Source: an uncultured virus (IMG/VR IMGVR_UViG_3300044805_000534)
Lineage: Duplodnaviria > Heunggongvirae > Uroviricota > Caudoviricetes
Reading direction: 5' to 3' (one strand)
IMG/VR virus record: IMGVR_UViG_3300044805_000534
Length of the DNA: 64,000 bases
The first letter of the stretch is position 1, and each line of letters opens with the position of its first letter. Below are positions 19,112-29,087 of this stretch, piece after piece. Below the pieces are notes generated by a model that saw only the letters and a list, made by a program, of their open reading frames with translations, made no database searches and had not been told where the DNA came from. The position numbers were made by a program, and so were the translations under genes.

Positions 19112-19772
19112 ACTCGAATTTAATATTATGTTGAGATGCCCAGGCTTGCCATGTAGTAAGAACCATTTCAATTTCTTTCTGGGTAATAAATCCTAATTCT
19201 AGGAATGGGGTTAGGTATTCAATTGCACACTCTTTTACAGTTTGGCCAGATAGCTGAGCCTCTTCTGCAAGTCCTCTAACCTGTGCAGGTATTTCGTCGC
19301 TTAGGATAAAATATCGATAGTTGGATTTTGCAAGTTCCCTAGTTATGGGTCTAGGTATTTTAACTTTGTGATCTAGTGAAAAGTTAGGACCTCTTTGTAA
19401 AATGTGTTCAACTTCGTGTCGAGCAACATCAAGAATTCGGGCTTTAAGTTTAGGTGAATTAATTTGGGTTTGGTCAACTGCAACTGAAATTTCAATCTCG
19501 GCTCCATCTTCATTATCTCCACCAAATGAATCTCCATCTATTGCAAATCCAAACTTTTCAAATTTTAAGACCTCAGACGGAACTGTTTTAAAATATAGGT
19601 CCTTAGTTGGATGCAGAGTATCAGTAATCTTAATATTGACCTTTAAGTCAAAATAAATTGGATCTTTGTATTCTAAATCAAAAGAACGATATCTTTCGGG
19701 TTTTCCAACATTTTGCTGAATTAACCGAAAGATATCGTTAGTTATATTTTGTGAAAGTTCACTTAGCTGCAT
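19110..19772 (-). CDS. Putative zincin-like metallopeptidase (HExxH)
   Basis: ARHEVEHILQ followed by Y...DEIPA as candidate third ligand. Confidence 0.55.
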   Translation of the reverse strand: MQLSELSQNITNDIFRLIQQNVGKPERYRSFDLEYKDPIYFDLKVNIKITDTLHPTKDLYFKTVPSEVLKFEKFGFAIDGDSFGGDNEDGAEIEISVAVDQTQINSPKLKARILDVARHEVEHILQRGPNFSLDHKVKIPRPITRELAKSNYRYFILSDEIPAQVRGLAEEAQLSGQTVKECAIEYLTPFLELGFITQKEIEMVLTTWQAWASQHNIKFE

Positions 19773-20194
19773 TATGCTAAAAATATTAAGTTAATGTCTT
19801 TGGTAGTAGGTTCGCCTTCTTTAGTAAAATCTATATCAATTACAGTTTGAGCTTTTCCAAATTCGTCAGCTTGTACAGCTTTCGTGAATTTTTTATGGGC
19901 GTCTTTAACTTCAATATCTTTTCCTGATAAGTAGTCTAAAATTTCTTGTTCTGACTCCTTTGCATTTTTAGTAATCCATTCTTTAACTCTATCGAGGTCT
20001 AGAACATATTCGTTAAATTGCTTAGTTGACATATCGCCAGGCATATCGACTGAACCAATTGGATTTGATATTAAAATTGCTCTAATTTGAGCAGGTTTGC
20101 CAGGTGCCACCGGCACGGCCGGAGCAGCAACCGCTGGATCCATTGACATTGGGTCAGTTTGTTCGGTTAACCAGGAATTAAAATTCTTAAGCAT
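19772..20194 (-). CDS. Hypothetical protein, probably late
   Basis: 140 aa; preceded by ATAAATA at 20214-20220 (minus strand); N-terminus MLKNFNSWLTEQ then Pro/Ala linker. Confidence 0.65.
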   Translation of the reverse strand: MLKNFNSWLTEQTDPMSMDPAVAAPAVPVAPGKPAQIRAILISNPIGSVDMPGDMSTKQFNEYVLDLDRVKEWITKNAKESEQEILDYLSGKDIEVKDAHKKFTKAVQADEFGKAQTVIDIDFTKEGEPTTKDINLIFLA

Positions 20195-20219
20195 AGTATT
20201 GGCCTCTTTATTCTATTTA

Positions 20220-22628
20220 TTAAGAAGAACAGGCAATACAATCGTCTGGATTGTCAATCGAACAAGTTAAATCACTTTGAATTTGCTCAGCAGTTAGGGT
20301 AGACTTTTTTAGTGCAGCTGAATCAACCCCAAGACCCGCTATTGCATCAACGGCAGATTCGGTTCTTAGGTAGTACATTCCAGTTTTAAGACCCTTTCTC
20401 CAAGAGTGGAAATGTGCAGACGTTAATTTAGCAGCATTTGCATCTTTAATAAAAAGGTTAAGCGACTGTGACTGACATATAAATTTACCACGGTCAGCTG
20501 ACATATCAATAATGTCTTTCTGTTTTAATTCCCAAACTGTTTTATAGATTTCTCTAATTTCAACGGGAATTTCTGCAATATTTTGAACAGAGCCCTTTTC
20601 AGTAATAATTCTATTCTTTATATTGTCTGACCATAGATCCAATTCAACTAGGTCTCTAACTAGGTGCTTGTTAACAATAACAAATTCTCCAGATAGGGTT
20701 CGTCTAGTATACAAATTTGATGTAAATGCCTCAAACGCTTCGTTATTACCCATAATTTGAGCAGTTGACGCAGTTGGCATTGGTGCTAATAATAATGAAT
20801 TGCGTGCACCAGTTTTTATAACCTGCTTTCTTAATGCAGACCAATCCCATCTTCCAGAAAATTTGGACTCGTCGGCTTGCCATAGATTAAACTGAAATTG
20901 GCCTTGACTTAAAGGACTGCCTTCAAACGATTCGTATGCACCAAGTTTCTTAGCAAGATCGGCTGAAGCTTTCATTGAAGCAAAATAAATTGTTTCAAAA
21001 ATGTCTTCATTTAGAGATTTAGCTTCATCTGAAGTAAAAGGTAAGCCTAAGATTGCAAATGTATCGGCCAATCCCTGAATACCGATTCCAATTGGACGGT
21101 GTTTCATATTAGAGGCTTTGGTCTCTGGTGTTGGATAGAAATTAATATCAATTACCTTATTAAGATTTAGGGTAGTTTGATAAGTAACATCGTATAGTGC
21201 TTGATGATCGTATTCTGCATGAGCTCTACGCTGCTTTAACGATCTTTTCTCTGGAAACTTGATAAATTGATTAACTGCAATTGAAGCAAGATTACAAACA
21301 GCTTGCTCGTCCTTGCTTGTGTATTCCATAATCTCTGTACATAAGTTTGAAGACTTAATTGTACCTAGATTTTTTTGATTAGATTTCTCATTAGCTGCAT
21401 CTTTATAAAGAATATAAGGCGTGCCTGTTTCAATTTGAGATTCTAATACCTTTTGCCAAAGAGCTCTTGCTTTTATTGTGCGACGACCCTTTCCTTCACT
21501 TTCAAGTCTTTCGTAATTTTCTTTAAATTCTTGGCCGTGCATTTCCCAAAGTTCAACACCAATTTCAGCTGGACAAAATAGAGTCCAATCTGCATCGGCT
21601 TCAACTCTTTCCATAAATAAATCAGGAGTCCATAGTGCTAAGAAAAGATCCCTAGCTCGGCGTTCTTCTTTACCGTGGTTTTTACGAAGATCTAACCAAT
21701 CCTCGACGTCAGCATGCCAAGGTTCAAGGTAAATTGCAAATGAGCCTTTACGCTTTCCGCCACCTTGATCAACATATCTAGCTGTTTCGTTAAATACTTT
21801 AAGCATTGGAACAATTCCATTAGAGGATCCATTTGTTCCTTTAATATAGGAACCTGTTGCTCTAATATTATGTATAGATAACCCAATTCCACCTGCATTT
21901 TGTGAAATCGCTGCAACATCAGAAAGGGTTTTATAAATTCCTTGAATTGAATCTTCCTGCATAGTTAATAGAAAGCATGAAGATAATTGAGGGCGTCTTG
22001 TTCCAGCGTTGAATAACGTAGGAGTTGCATGTGTCATTTTGTGAGTAGACAATAATTCATATGTCTTTAACACATTTTGAATATCTTCTCCCCAAATACC
22101 AACTGCTACTCTCATGTACATATGTTGAGGAGCCTCTGCAGTTTCACCGTTTATTTTTAATAGGTAACTCTTTTCAAGGGTCTTAAATCCAAAATAGTCA
22201 AAATTAAAATCTCTATCGTGTAGGATAGATTCATTTAGGGTATCAGCATGCTTACGAACAGCTTTAATTACGTCATCGTTAATTAAGCCAGCTGGTAATA
22301 ATGTTTTAGGATCAATATATGAATACAAAGATTCAATAACATCTGAAAACTTTTTACTAACGGTTTTATGTAAACGCGTAATTGCAATTCTTGCAGCAAG
22401 GTATGAATAATCTGGGTGGGCATGATTTAAAGAAGCAGCGGTTTCTGCTGCTAAATTATCAAGCTCAGCTGTAGTAATTCCATCATAAATACCAGAAACT
22501 ACTTTAGTAGCAACCTCTAACGCATCTACGAAATCTGAATTTAAACCATATGTTTGTTTTTTAATACGGTTGGTAATCTTATCTAGTCTAAGGGTCTCTA
22601 ACGAGCCATCTCTTTTGGTAACCTTCAT
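20220..22628 (-). CDS. nrdA: Class Ia ribonucleotide reductase alpha subunit
   Basis: ATP cone VTKRDG, ATPTLFNAG, SSCF, SNLCTEI, VCNLAS, APMPTAST, TGMYYLR, C-terminal CIAC. Confidence 0.97.
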   Translation of the reverse strand: MKVTKRDGSLETLRLDKITNRIKKQTYGLNSDFVDALEVATKVVSGIYDGITTAELDNLAAETAASLNHAHPDYSYLAARIAITRLHKTVSKKFSDVIESLYSYIDPKTLLPAGLINDDVIKAVRKHADTLNESILHDRDFNFDYFGFKTLEKSYLLKINGETAEAPQHMYMRVAVGIWGEDIQNVLKTYELLSTHKMTHATPTLFNAGTRRPQLSSCFLLTMQEDSIQGIYKTLSDVAAISQNAGGIGLSIHNIRATGSYIKGTNGSSNGIVPMLKVFNETARYVDQGGGKRKGSFAIYLEPWHADVEDWLDLRKNHGKEERRARDLFLALWTPDLFMERVEADADWTLFCPAEIGVELWEMHGQEFKENYERLESEGKGRRTIKARALWQKVLESQIETGTPYILYKDAANEKSNQKNLGTIKSSNLCTEIMEYTSKDEQAVCNLASIAVNQFIKFPEKRSLKQRRAHAEYDHQALYDVTYQTTLNLNKVIDINFYPTPETKASNMKHRPIGIGIQGLADTFAILGLPFTSDEAKSLNEDIFETIYFASMKASADLAKKLGAYESFEGSPLSQGQFQFNLWQADESKFSGRWDWSALRKQVIKTGARNSLLLAPMPTASTAQIMGNNEAFEAFTSNLYTRRTLSGEFVIVNKHLVRDLVELDLWSDNIKNRIITEKGSVQNIAEIPVEIREIYKTVWELKQKDIIDMSADRGKFICQSQSLNLFIKDANAAKLTSAHFHSWRKGLKTGMYYLRTESAVDAIAGLGVDSAALKKSTLTAEQIQSDLTCSIDNPDDCIACSS

Positions 22629-22646
22629 GTTCTTATCTCTTATTTT

Positions 22647-23609
22647 TTAAAAATCCTCGTCGGTAGAAAAATCTTGAATACTCGCAGAGTTTACGCCGGC
22701 CTTTTGGTATTCCCCAACTCTTTTTTCAAAGAAGTTAGTTTTTCCTTTAAGTGCAATATTAGTCATAAAGTCAAATGGGTTTTTAACATTAAACTCTTTA
22801 CTGCAACCTAAGTCAAGTAGCAATCTATCTGTAACAAATTCCAGATATTGCTTCATTAAGTCAGCATTCATACCGATGAGTCTAACTGGAAGAGACTCTG
22901 TAATGAATTCTTTTTCAATTTCCAAAGCAGAAAGAATAATCTCTTTGATTTTTTCTTCGGAAACTTTATTTACAATATGATTATTATGTAGGTGTACTGC
23001 AAAATCTGTATGCATACCCTCATCTCTTGAAATAAGTTCATTTGAAAAACTTAGTCCTGGCATAAGGCCTCTTTTCTTTAACCAAAATATTGAACAAAAA
23101 GAGCCAGAAAAAAAGATACCTTCGACTGCAGCAAATGCAACTAGTCTCTCAGCAAATGAATCACTTTTAATCCATTTTAATGCCCATTCTGCCTTTTTCT
23201 TAACTGCATCAATTGTATCAATCGCGTTAAATAAGTTGGCTTTTTCTTCTTCATCACTAATATAAGTATCAATAAGAAGGGAATATGTTTCAGAATGGAT
23301 ATTCTCCATCATAATTTGAAAACCATAGAAAAATTTAGCTTCTGGGTATTGCACCTCTCTAACAAAATTTTCAGCTAAGTTCTCGTTTACAATGCCATCT
23401 GATGCGGCAAAGAAAGCTAGTATGTTTTTAACAAAATAACGCTCGTCGTCGTTAAGTTTAGTTCGCCAGTCAGTTAAGTCCGCCGCTAAGTCAATTTCTT
23501 CGGCTGTCCAAAAAGACGCCTCTGACCTTTTATAAAAGTCCCACAGATCATGATGCTGAATAGGGAAGATGACGAATCTGTGCGGATTCTCGGTTAGAAT
23601 CGGTTCCAT
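22647..23609 (-). CDS. nrdB: Class Ia ribonucleotide reductase beta subunit
   Basis: [52 protein letters not shown]. Confidence 0.97.
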   Translation of the reverse strand: MEPILTENPHRFVIFPIQHHDLWDFYKRSEASFWTAEEIDLAADLTDWRTKLNDDERYFVKNILAFFAASDGIVNENLAENFVREVQYPEAKFFYGFQIMMENIHSETYSLLIDTYISDEEEKANLFNAIDTIDAVKKKAEWALKWIKSDSFAERLVAFAAVEGIFFSGSFCSIFWLKKRGLMPGLSFSNELISRDEGMHTDFAVHLHNNHIVNKVSEEKIKEIILSALEIEKEFITESLPVRLIGMNADLMKQYLEFVTDRLLLDLGCSKEFNVKNPFDFMTNIALKGKTNFFEKRVGEYQKAGVNSASIQDFSTDEDF

Positions 23610-23611
23610 TT

Positions 23612-23752
23612 TTAATTTATTTTTTTAAATGTGAATAAAGATTGACTCGGTTGTGCTTTAAAAATGGATGTTGATTTGTGATAAGCTGCGCTGTTTTCTG
23701 TAGTTTGACGTGCTTTCAACTTAACATCTAGTGTACTTTTACCGTGTGTCAT
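23612..23752 (-). CDS. Possible 46-aa small ORF upstream of nrdB
   Basis: Manual translation [46 protein letters not shown]; fills the gap and follows an ATAAATA motif; absent from the ORF track. Confidence 0.35.
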   Translation of the reverse strand: MTHGKSTLDVKLKARQTTENSAAYHKSTSIFKAQPSQSLFTFKKIN

Positions 23753-23776
23753 ATAAGGATATTTATCTTAATATAC

Positions 23777-24955
23777 TTAATCTAACAGTACTTCGAACCC
23801 TAAATTTTGTTTTATTACATCAACTTTTTGTATTAATACTCGACCATCAACGTTGTGATCTTGCATTACAGTAGCAGATACTGAAACAGAAATAGTTTGC
23901 TCATCAGGTAGAGTCATTGTCATAGACCCTTTACTATATGAATAGTTTAAAATTTGGTTCTCAATGCCGTCCTTAAGGCTTTGCCAGCTTTTCTTAACTG
24001 GATCAATTGAGTCTGGCTTGGTGGTAAGTATAATTCTGTACTCTCCTTTCTTCTGCACGACGTCTTTAACCCAGAAGTCAATTTGATTGCCTGAACGTAA
24101 ACCTTTTGAGAATTCCTTAAAGGCTGCGTCATTTTCAAAATCTGACTTGTGTATAAGTCCGGTGTAGTAGTTTTGGAATTCAACAAATATTCCAAAGTCA
24201 TAAGGATTATTGGTAAGAGTTCCAGTATATTTCTGGCTAAATGATAGATCAGATACTTTTTGTGGAAGGGTTTCTTTAATATATTTCTTGTATGAAACAA
24301 TGAATAGGTTATTAACTGAATCATAATTTTCAACCATAACTGGAATTTCTTTGTGTAGATACTCAGAGAAATCTCTAATTACGTTGGCTGCAGCGTGCGA
24401 ACCTGGTAAGAAACATTTAATTTGGTTTTTATAGATTGCAAGGTAACCTCCTTTAATAAGCTCAACCACTTTAACATAGAACCATTTATTATTCTTAGTA
24501 AAGTATTCAACGTCTTCTCTAAGAGTAAGGGCTGCACATTTTTTCTCTGATCCAAGAATTTCGCTCATGTTAGATTTATAGACCATAACTTTATATTTAC
24601 GATCTTTATCTTCATTTAGGAGACTTAACGAAGGTTCCTGAGAAAATTCTCTAAATGGTACAAAAATACTAGTCATTGATGAAACGTCTTCCATTTCAAC
24701 CATTGACATAGCAAAGTCAATTTTCTTAAGGCTAACTGTTCGGATTTCTCCTACTGGAATATCTTTACTTGCAGTTGGTAGTCGGTGACCAGCTTCTGAT
24801 CCAAAATATTTATCGTATAGGTCCTGAGCATAAGGCTCCTTACAGAAAATTTTAACATTAGCTTTTCGATCGGCTTCTGATAATTTAACTGATTTGTTAA
24901 TTTTTGAATTTCCTTGTGAAAAAAGAATTTCAAGTTCCTCGTTGGTATAAGTCAT
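23777..24955 (-). CDS. Ribosomal protein S1-like multi-S1-domain RNA-binding protein
   Basis: S1 repeats VKVVELIKGGYLA...KCFLPGSH...VSYKK and YTGTLTN..DFGIFVEF...TGLIHKSDF...GNQIDFWV. Confidence 0.8.
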   Translation of the reverse strand: MTYTNEELEILFSQGNSKINKSVKLSEADRKANVKIFCKEPYAQDLYDKYFGSEAGHRLPTASKDIPVGEIRTVSLKKIDFAMSMVEMEDVSSMTSIFVPFREFSQEPSLSLLNEDKDRKYKVMVYKSNMSEILGSEKKCAALTLREDVEYFTKNNKWFYVKVVELIKGGYLAIYKNQIKCFLPGSHAAANVIRDFSEYLHKEIPVMVENYDSVNNLFIVSYKKYIKETLPQKVSDLSFSQKYTGTLTNNPYDFGIFVEFQNYYTGLIHKSDFENDAAFKEFSKGLRSGNQIDFWVKDVVQKKGEYRIILTTKPDSIDPVKKSWQSLKDGIENQILNYSYSKGSMTMTLPDEQTISVSVSATVMQDHNVDGRVLIQKVDVIKQNLGFEVLLD

Positions 24956-24981
24956 ATTTTTATATTTGAATAATCTAAAAT

Positions 24982-25009
24982 ATTATACAGATAAAGGGCT
25001 AGTAGTTTT
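24982..25009 (-). promoter_or_regulatory. Putative early/middle promoter AAAACT-N15-GTATAAT for S1-like gene
   Basis: Bipartite motif 27 nt upstream of the ATG; contains TATAAT. Confidence 0.5.
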
Positions 25010-25011
25010 GA

Positions 25012-28000
25012 TTATGGAGTAGGAACATACACTGGGGTACCTAAAAAATCTTGGCCTAAAATCGTACCGGTTGCTGCCTTTGCTTTATGCGCTAAATCAT
25101 CCAAAAACATAACATATAAAGGGTTCTTCATAGTTAACCTATCCCAAGTTGGAAGGTCATCTTGATTTAGGATTGGGTGCACGCCTGCTCGTAGAATATT
25201 TCCAAGACCTAGTGATTGGCCAGCCGCGATCGGTAAATATACGGCAATTTCTGGTAAATTCTTAGCAGCTTTGTCCATTACTTTTAAAATTTCTAATTGA
25301 GCTAACAAGATTAATTGGTTAACCGTTTTAATAAAAGCTGGAGTTGGGAGAGATCTTTCCAGAGCCTCTTTAATCATTTTATAGATTTTAAGAAAAGGAT
25401 TGGTCATATCAAAAAGAGCTGTAAATGCACCCTTAACCCCTTTTAATAGGTTAATTAATTTAAATAAGGATTGTAACGGCGCTAGTAAAGTTTCTATTAG
25501 TTCAGTAATTGCCATTTTAATTGCAACCTTAATTCCTCTATATAGAGCAGAAATCCAGGCAGTTGAAATTGCAGTAATTGGTAAATCACATATTCTAATA
25601 GGTAATAGGCTTAATATTTTATCCATTAACACCTGAATACCTGCTTTTAATAACGGTTTAATTAATGAATCTAAGTTGATCGTTAATTGTGGCACACCTA
25701 ATATTCTAGGAAGAGGCCCTAGCGGAATTCTTAACAGAGGTAAGAATGGCTTTAATATACTTAAAAGGAGTTGCAGAGCGGCTGCGCCATTTAGCGGAAT
25801 ATCTATATTTGGAATAGATTTAGCTATAAGATTTGTTATTGATTGGATAATTTCCTTTGTTACACTAAATACTTCGCCAAATATAGATTTGATTAAGTCA
25901 GTTGTTAGTGCATCAATTGCAGTATGAGCCAATTGTCTAAAAGACATAATAATTGCAAGAACCAGAGGATCAATAAATTGGGGTATTGCTAGATCGCTTG
26001 GGCAACACTTAGGTTTTACAATTTGTGTAAAATTACCCAGTGCATCTTTAATTGGTTTAGTAAATCCAGCAACAGAGTGACCCAGTAATTCAGCAAAACG
26101 TTTTCTTTTTTTAATCTCGGCCTCATAAACAAAGTTTGCAACAGTCAGTTTATCAATTGAAAGTGCCCTTGGAGTTTCTTGACCAATCTTTTTTTCATAG
26201 GATTGTACGCGAGCTGCTTGTTTAGGGTGATTTGCATCATACTCAGCATTTCTTTCGTTAAATCTTTTTCTTTTTGCAATTTCAGCATCAACCTTTCGTT
26301 GAAATTCTGGAGAATCTCTTTTTACCTTTAGGTTTTTTCCAGAAAAAACATCACATATTTGATCAACGTAACCTTTTGCAGTTTTCTTAAATGCGGTTAC
26401 ACTTTCGACTTTAGTTATATCAACTTTAGCTGCGGCTGCATCAATTGCGGCATTTAAATCTAAATCTCGCATTGCTTTTCTAAACTTCTTATTAAAGTTG
26501 ATAGATTTGGCTTTTCCAAAGTTTGTTCTTGACATATACTCCATAACAGAATCAATTACTCCATCAAGCATGGCTTCAGGTTTAATTGATTTGCCCTTGT
26601 CTTTTGGAATGGTATAGGTTCCAAGTTTAAGTTTATCTAAAAATTTATCTAAATCTAGCGAAAGAGATAATACCATTTCTTTACATTCATTAGAATCAAT
26701 ATTTAAGTTTGAGTGTGAGAAGTTAGATGGAATATTTGAATAAAGATTACCTGGATCGCAGTTTAGCCAGGCTTGATCAAAATTATACGGAAGGCCGGCT
26801 AGCGTAGTTTGTCGATTTTTAGCAGAGTCTTGGGCGCTTTTTAATGCGATTGAAAAATTAGGTAATTCAAAATCTCCAAGTTCATCTATTTTAACGCAAA
26901 TTGTGCGATTAATATTTTTAACAAATACGGTAAAATCATTTAAGGAAGCAGTTGCAGTATCTAAAAAATCTTCATCTCCAGTTTTCCAGTCTGGTTTTTC
27001 GCCTGGTTTAAATGGAATATTAAAACCGTTTGGCATTAATTTACCAGGATCCGCTAATTCCAATAAGGCTTGCGCTTGTGCTGCAACTTTTGCTACTTTT
27101 TGCAATTTAGCATTTACCATGATATTACCAAACGTAATTGTCTTTGCGCCAGTTCCGCTAGGTTTTCCAATTGATGTTTGGTTTATTCCTAATGGAGAAA
27201 CGCTGGCTTCATCTAGTGTATATCCAACTGGATCAAATTGACCTTGTAGTGCTCTAAAACTTAATAGGATAATCTTTTTTCCATCTGGTCCAATGTACAT
27301 AACAATTGGTGATGGAACGATTCCACACTGTACATACCAAATAACTAGAGTACCAAATGGTAAGTTTAAGGTTACTATATGAAACCAAATTTGAGGTAGT
27401 GGAATTCTAATTGGATATGGAGTTGGGATAATTAATCCAACTGGCCAATATCTTAATGCGGGTAGGCGCATAATATCTGGAATAGGTAATAGGTTTAGCT
27501 TATTTAGGTGTTTAGTTACCTCTTTCCAATAACAGCCACATGTATAATCTGGATTAGCTTCAGTTGGCTGCACGGTCATTGATTTGTAACCCAATGGGTC
27601 AGAGCCGGCTTTTGCTAATTTTTTACAGGGGCCTTCATCAGGCGGAACACAGCCAGTTGCCGCAAGAGCTTTGGCTAAATCGTCTGGTTTTGGCGAATTT
27701 GCCTCCTTTATCTTAGCGATTCGGGTTTCAATGTCTTTAATTAAACCTAATACTTCAGCTGAGCTGTTTTTAATTGCAGTTCTAGCATTTTGCCCATATT
27801 CGCTTGGTAAAACCTCTACTCCATTTACAATAAGTTTTTCAGTAGGTTTTGCCTCTATATTACCATTATTAACAACATCAAATACCTGTTTTTTGGCAAG
27901 ATTTGATAATTTTAAAAATTTACCAGAGCTAACTAAGTCTTTTCTAAATTTCTGACGCTCTACTTCAATACGAGCTTCAATCTTAGGCTCAAGATTTTCA

Positions 28001-29040
28001 TAAAACTGCTGATACTTTTCAGTATTTTCAATATAGAACTGTTCCTCTGTACCATTTGATCTTTTTTCTTTAACTATTCCGTCAAGGCCTTCTTTTTTTA
28101 ATTTTTTATCAACGTTAGCTGAACTTGTGGTTAAACCTTTTTCCTGTAGCGTAAATAATTTTAAAGGATCCTCAATCTTTTTATAAAATTCGGCAAGTGA
28201 GCCAGTAAATGGATATAAAATATCAGTTGCTGCTGTATCAGTATATAGCTGTGATGCAAATTTAACAACTTCTAACTTTCTTTTTTGAAAAACTTTAGCT
28301 TGTGTTTCATACACAGCATCCTCAGGCGATATTTTAATATTAACTGTAACCTGTTTAGTTTCAGAATTACCAAATTGATCGACTTTGCCGGTTTTTTGAT
28401 TTTCTGAAGATTTAACCGTGAACCCAGATTTTCCCGGTAAAGTTATTAAAAAGGTTGGGTTTGTTGAATTATAAGAATATGCAATTGGAGAGATTCTGCC
28501 GATTGAACCTACGCCCGTTGGTTTTTTACTAAAATATGCTTCAATTTGGTCTTTAATATCTGCATTTAGTTTGTCTATTTCAGATATTGTAGTTGTGGTT
28601 GCAGCAACGTTAAATTTATAGGAGTTATATTCAAATTTATTTAGGACTGTAGTAAAAGATGGAGCAGCGGCAGGAACCGTAAATCTAGCATCAAGTTCTT
28701 TAACGACTAAATTAAAAAATTCTTGACGTGTTTTATAAAAATACTCAGCTGGATATAGAAGATCCCGTAATTCGTTTAATCTTGAAATTACATATTTAGA
28801 CTTAACTGCTGCTTTTAGTTTAGCATCATTTTTTTCTAATTCCGCATTTACCGCATCGATTGTCTTTTTAGCGCAAGGGTCTTCAGTTACTAGTTGAGTA
28901 ATTTCTTCCTTTTGAGCAGTTTCAATTTGATCTGACGTTGGGAGGCAATCGTCTAAAGCTGCAAGATCCCCTTCAGTAAAGAAGGGGTTTTCTCTTAGTT
29001 CGCAACGAATTTGGTCAATGAGAATGTCTATTTCTGACAA
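25012..29040 (-). CDS. Large hypothetical protein, probably late/virion-associated
   Basis: 1342 aa (TTG start) with upstream TAAATA; Pro-rich hydrophobic core and amphipathic C-terminal helices. Confidence 0.7.
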   Translation of the reverse strand: MSEIDILIDQIRCELRENPFFTEGDLAALDDCLPTSDQIETAQKEEITQLVTEDPCAKKTIDAVNAELEKNDAKLKAAVKSKYVISRLNELRDLLYPAEYFYKTRQEFFNLVVKELDARFTVPAAAPSFTTVLNKFEYNSYKFNVAATTTTISEIDKLNADIKDQIEAYFSKKPTGVGSIGRISPIAYSYNSTNPTFLITLPGKSGFTVKSSENQKTGKVDQFGNSETKQVTVNIKISPEDAVYETQAKVFQKRKLEVVKFASQLYTDTAATDILYPFTGSLAEFYKKIEDPLKLFTLQEKGLTTSSANVDKKLKKEGLDGIVKEKRSNGTEEQFYIENTEKYQQFYENLEPKIEARIEVERQKFRKDLVSSGKFLKLSNLAKKQVFDVVNNGNIEAKPTEKLIVNGVEVLPSEYGQNARTAIKNSSAEVLGLIKDIETRIAKIKEANSPKPDDLAKALAATGCVPPDEGPCKKLAKAGSDPLGYKSMTVQPTEANPDYTCGCYWKEVTKHLNKLNLLPIPDIMRLPALRYWPVGLIIPTPYPIRIPLPQIWFHIVTLNLPFGTLVIWYVQCGIVPSPIVMYIGPDGKKIILLSFRALQGQFDPVGYTLDEASVSPLGINQTSIGKPSGTGAKTITFGNIMVNAKLQKVAKVAAQAQALLELADPGKLMPNGFNIPFKPGEKPDWKTGDEDFLDTATASLNDFTVFVKNINRTICVKIDELGDFELPNFSIALKSAQDSAKNRQTTLAGLPYNFDQAWLNCDPGNLYSNIPSNFSHSNLNIDSNECKEMVLSLSLDLDKFLDKLKLGTYTIPKDKGKSIKPEAMLDGVIDSVMEYMSRTNFGKAKSINFNKKFRKAMRDLDLNAAIDAAAAKVDITKVESVTAFKKTAKGYVDQICDVFSGKNLKVKRDSPEFQRKVDAEIAKRKRFNERNAEYDANHPKQAARVQSYEKKIGQETPRALSIDKLTVANFVYEAEIKKRKRFAELLGHSVAGFTKPIKDALGNFTQIVKPKCCPSDLAIPQFIDPLVLAIIMSFRQLAHTAIDALTTDLIKSIFGEVFSVTKEIIQSITNLIAKSIPNIDIPLNGAAALQLLLSILKPFLPLLRIPLGPLPRILGVPQLTINLDSLIKPLLKAGIQVLMDKILSLLPIRICDLPITAISTAWISALYRGIKVAIKMAITELIETLLAPLQSLFKLINLLKGVKGAFTALFDMTNPFLKIYKMIKEALERSLPTPAFIKTVNQLILLAQLEILKVMDKAAKNLPEIAVYLPIAAGQSLGLGNILRAGVHPILNQDDLPTWDRLTMKNPLYVMFLDDLAHKAKAATGTILGQDFLGTPVYVPTP

Positions 29041-29044
29041 AGTA

Positions 29045-29073
29045 AGTCTTCTTTTTTTTATTTAACGAAGACT
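29045..29073 (-). promoter_or_regulatory. Putative late promoter TAAATA inside AGTCTTC/GAAGACT inverted repeat
   Basis: Minus strand reads AGTCTTC-GTTAAATAAAAAAAA-GAAGACT, 4 nt before the start codon. Confidence 0.55.
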
Positions 29074-29087
29074 GCAGCATAATTTAA

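Noticed and set aside
6937..23609. Introns, inteins or homing endonucleases in the usual targets (helicase, UvsX, polymerase, nrdA, nrdB)
   Set aside because: Reading frames are continuous with normal motif spacing; no LAGLIDADG, GIY-YIG, HNH or intein termini recognised
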